A stretch of 64,000 bases of DNA. Source: Iphione sp. A-MEVVRFRX5. Taxonomy: Eukaryota. Each line of letters opens with the position of its first letter. Within the stretch, counting starts at the first letter, position 1. A program made the translations under genes and the position numbers. The notes beneath the pieces are model-generated. The model ran no database searches. It worked only from the letters and a program-made list of their open reading frames with translations, and had not been told where the DNA came from. Location of the stretch: positions 25,854,001-25,918,000 of the forward strand of contig OZ320318.1 in the NCBI GenBank assembly GCA_976226885.1. The letters are read 5' to 3'. Shown here one piece after another: positions 52,169-61,838 of the stretch.

Positions 52169-55030
52169 ATGGCAGAGGAGAGTCAACCCCCGCCAGCGGA
52201 CGGAGCGACGCCGCAGCCGCCGGCCCTGTTTTCATGCCATCTCTGTGATATGGGCTTTCAACAGCGCCAGAACCTGCGTCGCTATATGGAACAAGTCCAT
52301 AGCCCGAAGGGTTTTGGTTGGATCTGCCCGGCACTGGAATGCAAGGGCACTGCTTTCCGAGTCGGATTCCGACTCGGAGTCGGCATCTCCTGGGGGTGCA
52401 CAGGTCCCTGCAGACGATGCAGACTGTTGATGTACGCTATGTCCGCTTCTCGGGGTTCAACCCCACCCGCGGGGTCGCCATTGACTGCCCCACGGACAAG
52501 CAGCCGGAACTGGCCCGGCGACGCCGACGCGAGGCCATCGCGAGAACAAAGGACCTCCGCGCGGAGATCGTGGAGTCTTCAGATGATGAGGCGGAGCCAG
52601 GGGAAGAGACCCCCGCCCGGCAACCGCGGCCACCTGCCCGTCGGGCCCACCGTCGACTCGGCACGGACTACTCCGCCCCAGCGACCCCCAGCAGCTCTGC
52701 AGGTAGCAGAGGGCATCCCACGTCCACCTCAGCTGGGTCGGCGGAATCCCCATCAGAGACAGAACGACCCTCTCAGCCGGCCCACGGGTCAACCTCCGAG
52801 GCCGGACCATCGCCGAGCAACCGGGCCGGGACCAGCAGGGGGTCCGCGTCATCCCCGGATAGGATGCGGCCGCGCACCTATGCCAGGGCTCCGAGGGAGC
52901 GGCCGGTGACGTTGACAATGTGTGCGCGGACGCTCCCCCTGGTCCCGACCCCGAAGGAGATTAACCTACCGACAAGTCAAGGCTACAAGGGCCGGCGGCT
53001 GTTTGCCGACTCCGAGTCGGAATCCGACGGGACGGAGGAGGGCCAAGGGCAACCGCCAACGGAGACATCGAGCTGCCCGACCAGACCGACCCCGACGCAG
53101 CCCTCCCCCGGGCCGTTGGCCCAACCCCCAAATGCCGTGTACTCGCCGGGCAGAGGGCACGCAGCAATGCGCCATCAGGGCCGGGCCGGGGTTGGCAAAG
53201 GAAAAGGGCCTGTCGCGGCTGGGCCGCGAGGGAAGGGGAAAGGAAAGGCCCCCCCATCCAAGGCGGCACGACCCGGGCAGCCGCCGGTCAAGATGGGCCG
53301 AGGTTCGGCCACAGATACAGAGGAAGAGTTGGATTGCCGCCTGGAGCCCGGCTGGTCCAAGGAGGGGTCACCTTCCCAGACGGTGGTCATTAGTGACTCG
53401 TCGGGGGACTCTCCCTCACCACCACGGAAACGGCCAGGAAGCAAGGTCCGCCCTATGGAGGGTGGAGTGACCCCCGGGCGGGGCACCGTCACGCCCAACC
53501 CCCTCGACACCAGGTTCGTCCACCGGCGGAGGCAGTGCGTCGCAGATCAGCCCCCTGAGGAGAGTGTTCGCGGAGACCCTGGGGGCCTCCTTCTGGGTGG
53601 ACGATATTAGTTCGGACGAACTCCCAGATTTGGAGGAAGAGGCGGCTGTTACCCTGGCGGGCCTTTCCCAACACAGTATATCGGGACCGACCGGTACACC
53701 AAACTCGCCGCGCCTTGAACCACCAGCTGGCCAGCCGCCTACTTTGCCGACAAGCCAGGAAGGGACGACCCCTGCCTCGGCCACATCTGGGGAGCGGACC
53801 CGCGAGCTGGCGCCCATCGTGGAGGATTCCGAGCCCCCGGAGGCCTCTGACGATGAGGAGGCGGGAGCCGGGGGATTGTCAGTGGTGCCTCAGGAGGAGA
53901 CTGTTCTGGTGGCCCCTCCGTGCGCACCCTCTTTGACGGATTTACCAGTGGTTCCGGTGGCTTCTCCCCCGGAAGTTTCTGATGACGAGGAGGCGGGAGC
54001 CGGAGGATCGTTGGTGGTGCCTCAGGAGGAGACTGTTCCGGTGGCCCCTCCGCGTGCACCCTCTCTGACGGATCTACCAACCACCGAGGGAGTGCTACCG
54101 GTCAGGACGCTGGTCACGGACGGCAGCAGGGTGACCGACGCCATCGCGGAGCCGTCACTACCAGTGATTGATAGGAGAGAGCCAGAGGAACCGTTGTTGC
54201 CCGGCCGCGCCAGTGGAGCGGGCCTGGGAGGGGCGATACCAGGGACCTCCGCCGGAGCCCCGCTTATCCCCGGGCCACCCCGAGCCGGTGCAGAAGGATC
54301 GGGGGTGACGCCTCACCATGAGCTGCCCCCCACTGGGCCCGGCACAGGGCTGGCGCTACCAGACATGCCGAGGACAGGCCCTGCGCGACCGTCCGGAGAG
54401 ACGTCACTGGCTCACAGTTGGGAGGCAGAAGCCCTCATTGATCGGCCCATACGACCCGGCCCCTTGGGGGACACGGTCCAACATTGGGCGACCCCGGTTC
54501 AACACCTACGGAGGTGGGCGTCACTGCCGAACTTGGCACGAGGAGCAACTTCCCCCACGGCGCGCGTGCATCCCCTGACATCACCAGGTCTGGGCCGAGG
54601 GGCCGGACAACCGTGGATACCGCCAGGCACACGCTCCCCCTCCCAGTTCTGGTCCTACCAGGACATTTCCCCCCCCTCACCTGAGGACTCAGGCATACCG
54701 GAAGAGGTGTACGTATGGGCAGCAGGACGCTTCGTCTCCTGCCAGTCTGCACCGCCGGAGGGCTGGGAGATCGTGAGGGCGTCTGGACGGTCGGAGGTTC
54801 AGGCATTGGGGGGGCATCAAGTGAAGCTCACCCTGAATCAGAGTATCTGCTTCCGGCGGAGCGGGCCAGACCAGCTGGACTCGGCTGAGCTGATGCGTTG
54901 GCACGCACAACGTTATGAAAATCTCACCAGAGGCACCGCCATGCGTAGGTTGACGACGTGGGACCAGGCCCACATCAGCGATTGCGTCGTGGCCAACCTT
55001 AAGGAGGTGTGGACGGTGTCTCTCCGCTGA
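52169..55030 (+). pseudogene. Env-position accessory ORF (about 950 aa reconstructed): two C2H2-like zinc fingers, basic patches, acidic/Pro-rich region, unknown C-terminal domain; two compensating frameshifts (near 52355 and 53570)
   Basis: gtgATGG start at 52169; FSCHLCDMGFQQRQNLRRYMEQVH; CPALEC...RHLLGVH across the first shift; protein-like text continues in ORFs 52318-53610 and 53564-55030; stop about 115 nt before the PPT. Confidence 0.7.
53834..54075 (+). repeat. In-frame 132-bp (44-aa) tandem duplication inside the accessory ORF
   Basis: SDDEEAGAGG..VVPQEETV.VAPP.APSLTDLP occurs twice, starting at 53846 and 53978. Confidence 0.9.
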
Positions 55031-55146
55031 GGGTGCCAGTCGGATTACTTCGTGTTCAAGTTGACTGTTACGGGTTGCCGTTGGATTGAGAACTGTTACA
55101 ATCATTGTAGTTGCTGATGAGAACTTTGAGGACAAATTTTCGTTTT

Positions 55147-55158
55147 GGGAGGGGGCAG
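55147..55158 (+). promoter_or_regulatory. Polypurine tract
   Basis: GGGAGGGGGCAG preceded by a T-run, directly abutting the 3' LTR. Confidence 0.9.
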
Positions 55159-55431
55159 TGTGGTGCTGCGGAGTGCGGCGCCAGGAGGCAACCCCCGGTG
55201 CTGAGTGCTGCACGCGGAGTGTGGCACCAGGACGCACCGGTGAGTGCGGAGTGCTGCACTCCCCACCCCCCCGCCCCCCCCCCGCCCCTTGGGATGGGTA
55301 TATAAGGGGCTGCTGAGGGAGGAGATTCATTCTGGTTAGAGCCACCGTGCTGTTCACATCTGTTGTTGGAATAAACCCCCATTGTCTACAAACCCTAGTC
55401 ATGTCTTTATTATGTAATGGCAAGCGCTACA
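55159..55431 (+). repeat. 3' LTR (273 bp)
   Basis: Matches the 5' LTR except for 4 substitutions outside the C-tract and a C-tract 9 nt longer; TATATAA 55299-55305, AATAAA 55370-55375. Confidence 0.95.
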
Positions 55432-55489
55432 GTATGCTAGCAACCACTGGGTAATGAGAAATAAATTGAATAGGTGGAAAATGAGCAAG

Positions 55490-57400
55490 CAACTGAAGAA
55501 AAAATTATTCTGGCAGGAGTGGAGGAAAATGAGGAAGACACATTGGAAACAGTCCTAAAATATGCTGATGCCTCAATTAAACCCCCTGACACCAAGCAGT
55601 TTTATGTAAGTCCCGGGGAGAAAGATTGATTTATCCTGGTAGAATTTTACGACGAGGATAAAACCAGGTTGTGTCCAAAGAGCTCTAAAAAACTCCTGAG
55701 AGATATGTGAATTTAAACGTACGAGGAAGGATACATCTTTCGGCAAATTGGATCCTATTAAGCGTTAACATTCTCCACTCTCAAGCTTGTACAGGTCTCT
55801 CTTGCAGTTTGAAGGCAATGCGTACAAATCTGCTAAGCATGGCAATCAGTCTTGTAAGGTCGTTTGACACGAATGTAGGCATGCGTACTACTATGGCCAA
55901 TAAAAGAAGAGTGCACAAGGTGAAGGAAATAGGGGGGATCCATACCGGTTATCAGGGGACCGAGTGAGGCAGCTGTAGACAGATTTAGGATCAACCTATA
56001 GGGTACTCTTGGTTTGGCATAATGATAGGCTAGGCAAGCTGACAGGGGACATACTGGCCGTCTCCTGTGAAGCCGTGCTGCTGAGCGTTGGTCTTCATAA
56101 AATGATGAAGAGCAATACTGCTAATCTCACACCCAATGGTCTTCAAGATGTTATACTGCTGTTGCTGCATCATGTTTTAAAATGATGTATCACTGTTGGC
56201 TATTGTCTACTCATTGTGCAATATATTTTTTAGTTTCGACAAGTGCTTTTGGCGCCTGTTACAGAGCACAGACCTGATAGTAGGGATATTAAGGTCAAGG
56301 TTGTTGGTGTATTCATACACGTAACTGAAAGAATAGTGCTAGAGTTTTGCTCTGCCTTCTTTATATTCTGTTTTCTACCATAAAACACATGGCAGGTTCA
56401 ATTATCCCCAAAAGGATAAACATATACATATGAGAGAAAAGAAATCATGATGTTTAGGAAGAATCTTACATTCATGAGACCTTTCCCCATAGCCGGTCTA
56501 CTTTCAGACAACATTTTATATAGGTAGTGTAAATATACCTAGCTGTTGATGATATCAATCTGCAATAGAAAGGTATGAGAATTCCTCTCCAGATCTGCCA
56601 CAGCATTCTGAAAACAAATGAGGAAGACAAGATCTAGCGAAAAAGAATTTCAAACAGACACTTTGCTTCATCATCACATTCCGGTTTACATATCTATAGG
56701 CTTCCAACACTTTTCGAGCACTTCAACTGCGTTAATAGGAAGAAATAAAAGGTTCTGATGTCTAAGAGTGTAGGTTAATGAAAATACTACAATTAGCACA
56801 GACTTTTTGAAAATGTTAATATTCTAACACTTGTATTCGATTTCCACATTTTCACATCAACTTGCAACTCAAACCAATGACTTGGTAAGCAAATATATTC
56901 CGTACCGAAGGAACTAATGAATCATGTTCTTCTAAGAATCCATAGCACGTTGTTGATCTGATGGAACACGGGATGTTCAAGCAATTAATCACAACTCACG
57001 TACTAAACAATTAGCTAATTGAGTCTCCCAGGGCTCAATGCTAGGTCCGGCTTTGTGTTTTGTTGCAATTATACGCATACTTGCGATAGTTACAGAGGGC
57101 GTCACCGATAGGTATGCTGATGATGCTTTTGTCCAAAAGGCCATTTTATTCTACGCAAGAAATGTTGGTATCACATGAAGCTTTATATGAGTGGTGTGCA
57201 CAGAGTTCCTTTTGAACAAATATTTAGGAAAGGCATTGATGACTAGCTGAAGGGGGAATTGTGGGTCATTGCCAAATCAATCAGTTGTCATATCTTAAAT
57301 ATGAGAGATAATCTTTCAGCCTACATCTAAAAACCGATTCAGAAACAATAGTTATGTGGATCGTATTGGAAGGAACCACTTGGTACAACAGGTAGAATTC
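55490..57400 (+). mobile_element. Old LINE remnant (ORF1 RRM-like start, RT motifs)
   Basis: KIILAGVEENEEDTLETVLKY near 55500; SQGSMLGP at about 57024-57050; YADDA at 57113. Confidence 0.6.
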
Positions 57401-60400
57401 AACCAATTATTTGGGGATTACAAGGCACAGATTCTGTAAGGAAGTAAGCAGTTTGTACTATAAGGGCCGGGTTCTATACCTGGGTTGGTATCTGTGAGGT
57501 ATCTGTTTGTGTCCATGTACATTAATATGTGTTTTACATGCCTTTTCCAATCATGCACCTCAATACACAGGGGTGTAAATTGATGTGTGTTGTGAACTGT
57601 GCATTGGTGCCTGTGAATGACAACCAAAATGATGAAACTGATGAAGAGTATGCTAAAAGCTGTGAAAATGATGAAAACAATGATGAAAAAGGACAAATAT
57701 GACACAAAAAGCCACAACAATTTTGAAAAAGGACAAATTGTGCAGATATGTGTAGTTATGTGTGGTAATGTGCCTATTTTCACCTGATTCAAAGATTATC
57801 CCTAATATACTACTATCCGTTTGCTGTCCCTGTGTGTTAAATTATGGGTCAGGGACCATTAATAGTCAATGGGTGCAAAAGGCACACAAACACACACAGA
57901 CACATTTGTGTTAGAATCAACATGACCAATAAAAATGCATACAAACGCACACAGAATGCACACAAACGCACATGAATACCAACACATGTAAGGAAACCGA
58001 CCTTAATGGCACGATAATGGCATGAAGTTATCACTCAAAGTCACAATGATCTCAGATATGAAAGAGTTCACTGGCGATGCAAACATCCTGCACTCTACAT
58101 ACATGTACATGTATTACCATCCGATATCACTATTCATCGAAATAACTTAGGGGATATTTTTTGATAATTATATTGTTTTACAGTTTGCTTTTTTTATTTC
58201 TATCGTATTGTTCTGATATGGATATGGAAAATCGATTCGGAGGATCGGTGGAAGATCAGTTGCAGACTCACCAGTGAATGATTCAATACAGGTTATTATT
58301 ATATCCTTTCCTAAAACAAAAAAAAACAATTGGAAATATTTGTTTTAGATCTGAACCTGTACAATACTTGAATCTTGATGGGAGATTGAATAGGAAGTTT
58401 GGAACTATCGGAGGGCACCCCTGTGTTAACTGATACCACATGGCGAGGACTGAGTAAGCTTAACTCTAGTGTTGTTTTTAACATGCTTGACTGAACATTC
58501 CACTTAACAATGTAGGTTATTGTAAGGATTGGCGGTAGTGCGCTATTTAAAGTTCTCTAGATTACGGTCTTAACGATAGGGATGTATTAACAACTAGGAT
58601 GTAAGAGGTATGTGAATCTCTGTATGTGAATTTCTGTATGAGAAGTAGTATACGCATAGTGAAATAAAATCAGCTCCCACTAACCTAGTAGCCCTCGTTT
58701 CACTCAAGGCCTCAGATAACAGGTTTGTTTAGGTATTCAAATCTATTCAGTTGCGTATTTTATGGTTTATCACTCTCCTGTCCTTTTTGACCATCTTCTA
58801 TCAAAGCCTTTTTCCACTAAATCTCATCAAACGTAAAGGAAAGCAGAAACGAATTGTAAGGAACGAGTGGTAAATGGCGTCTGTACGAAGACAAAGTGGC
58901 GCGAACGAACTGGCAGTGAGAATTGAATATCTGTTTCTTTTCAAACGTATTGTATCTATGAATATAAATTATTAATCAAATCTGTTTGAACGGTTTCAGT
59001 GAATGTGAATTACCAGTTAATTCTGTTCGTGTTCAGAAATGCAATTGTGTGTACACGCAGTATCTCCAGAAATTATTTCCTCTTAATCTGTTCGGGTAAC
59101 AGAAAGACTGGTGATGGGGAGTTTAAGTGCGTCCTCTTAATAGAATGAATTTAAGAACCACTCACTGATTACAGTTTCATGTCACACACCAACAAGTGCC
59201 AACAGGGCTATAGCCAATCAAAGCAGATCGATTCCTTAAAGAACTGCTTAACGTTATCAAAAAATGTTATTGGGGTCTGAAGTTTTCTTTCGTGTAAACG
59301 CCAATTAAAGTTCGATTATATCAAGTTTTGTAACGATCAAAGGGAAAGGGTTCGGGAATAATTCCAGCAAAATTTAATTAATGGAGATGATCATCTCCTT
59401 CATGTGCGTATCTCTTTTTTATTGAATGTCAAAACTTTGACGGGTGCCATACCACCCAGGAGAATACTAGGCCTAGTACAATGCACGGCCTGGTCACGAT
59501 GGATTGCACTATAGAAAGGAGCAGTGCCTCTGTTCTGGACCGTTCAAAGGGTGGCTTGTAAACGATGATCATCTTCTTCACAGTCTTTGTTCGCTCATGA
59601 ATAGCATCTCTGAGGTGGGCGGTTATAGAAATGACATTACGCTGGCGCCTCTGCATTTGTCTGGTCGCTGTCTCTGCTACACTCACAACGTTGAGCGGAG
59701 TATTCATTTTGTCATATCAGCTTTCAGCCAGCGTCCCCCACGAGTCGTCATATCGGAGTGACGTAGTGATCGACATATACTCACACGTTGCGTCCGATAT
59801 GATTCAATCCATATAGACAAAGGGCTCACAGGCTACTTAATGTATCAACTCCACACACAAATGAAACAGGAGTAGCTATAATTAAGATGTAAGAATGACG
59901 AAATTGAGTAAAATGGACAATCAGCTCTCATCTCACTATAGGAGTCATATCCTTTGAAAAGTGACGTAACAGACTTTTGTACCTAATTATTTAGAAACGG
60001 CTAGTCAATACCATGCCTGTGACTTCATAATAATTTCATGTCCAACTGATAGAGGTTGCCCACCCAGCCGTGAAGATCTTTCATGATGTATTAAGCTCTG
60101 AAAGAACCTATTTAATATAATATCATCCTACCCGTAGTCACATGGGCCTATCTATAAGCTGAGGCCTCACGAAGCCCTCTGACCGAAAGAAACCTGGTTG
60201 TTCGCTCTACAATATACATGAACTTATAGAAAGATGATTAAAGTTACCATAGGAAATTGTATAGACATACTTGAAGCTTGAATGAATTCAACTAAAATAA
60301 GACAAGTTGAAATTCAGATTTGAATACAGTGTATTTGTTCTCACCATTCGTAGGCACAAATTAAAAGACGTACAGGAAAGACACACGCTTCAAGGATAAC

Positions 60401-61792
60401 TGTACATCCACAACGTTATAATTATACACGAGGATGTACCTTTTTAGTGTTATAATGCGACCTTCCTAGGATTTGTAACTATTTCAAGAGCTTATTCAAC
60501 AGAAATAGTTTTTATAATGTGTTGTCACAATATAAAACATCTAGTGTAGTGTTTTCCCATGGTCACACCACCAACAGGTAAAGCGGCGTAAAAAGGGTAA
60601 GGTAATTGAAGCATTGCGCTCTGTTGCTATAAGCTTTTATGCTCGTCTGTCGGCAATGTAGATCTGGAAAAGTAAATATTACATGTGGCTGAATGAAAAA
60701 AAAGTGTGGCATATGGCAAACAAGTCTGCCTGGCAAGAACTCGTCTGGAGGTGCTCTAGTTACAGCAAAATATACACAATTTCGTCTCACCATTCTGAAG
60801 TCACGCAGCTTCTCTCTACTTACTGTACATGTATTCGCAACCTAAACTCACATGTACACTGACGGAATGGTGGGAAAATTCAGTTTGGTAATTTCATTGT
60901 AAATATTTATATCTTTTGAAAGAACATATGTACAGGATTACATGTATATATGTATATGAATAGGATATTATATTGTTACCAACATATCTTGTTGCATAGG
61001 AGGTACTAAGCAACCAGTGAGTATTCAGTATTCCATTCAACGGTCAATCTAGTTGTATTTTTCGCTTTAATAAAGGCTTGTAGTTATCTCCCATTCGCTT
61101 GTTGTTGTCAATATATGTATAATATGTACACCATCATATTTGGAGGCATCTAAATCTGTCAATTTAAGCCGAAGTTTGATACCACTGCATGTATACGTTA
61201 TGTTTACAAATGTATGATATATGCATGTATGTATGTTAGGTAGATACACTCATTCAAGTTTATACTTCAAACGTACACCTGTCATTATTAGGTTGCATAA
61301 AAAATCCATATTTAAAGGTGCCACATGAATGTAAACCTACTAATATGTAGGCTACCTGTCTTCTGTTCTATACGTATACTAGGTATACATTAACGCTTCT
61401 ACCACTACAAGAAATACATATATTGATAATCTCTCAGTAATGTCAGAAGTATACATGAATAGACTGCATTTTGATAATAAAAAAACGTACCTTGCTGAAA
61501 CCAAGCTTCCAACTGGCCAATCGGTCTAATTAGCCACACATGCTCTACACTGTAAATTTAATGATTTGTTCTTGGAATTATTGATCTCCGTTCCGGTGTT
61601 CTCTGGTCATTAGTTGGGTCCTCCCCAGTGTATGGTATAGATTGACAAATGCACCTACTGCCACTACCAACAGTTCGCCCTTGAATGGCGTTATATGAAC
61701 GTCCCTGCCGTCTGCAACTCCGGGAATTCTTGAGGATATCGAGACCGTGGACTGCATTACGCTCAGTCATCGCGTTGAAGAACTTCTCATTT

Positions 61793-61838
61793 CTACGCAA
61801 TTAAGTCAGCAAAGTCTACGCAATTAAGTCAGCAAAGT
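61793..61838. repeat. Perfect 23-bp tandem duplication
   Basis: CTACGCAATTAAGTCAGCAAAGT twice (61793-61815, 61816-61838). Confidence 0.95.

Larger units (their letters stand above)
49651..55431 (+). mobile_element. Gypsy/Ty3-type LTR retrotransposon, internally deleted (no recognisable RT/RNase H), with an extra 3' ORF
   Basis: Two LTRs starting TG and ending CA, GTAT duplicated at 49647-49650 and 55432-55435, PBS after the 5' LTR, PPT before the 3' LTR, integrase core with D-35-E spacing. Confidence 0.95.

Noticed and set aside
52169-55030. Accessory ORF as a conventional env glycoprotein
   Set aside because: No signal peptide, no fusion-peptide or TM helix pattern seen; composition is nuclear/disordered-like.
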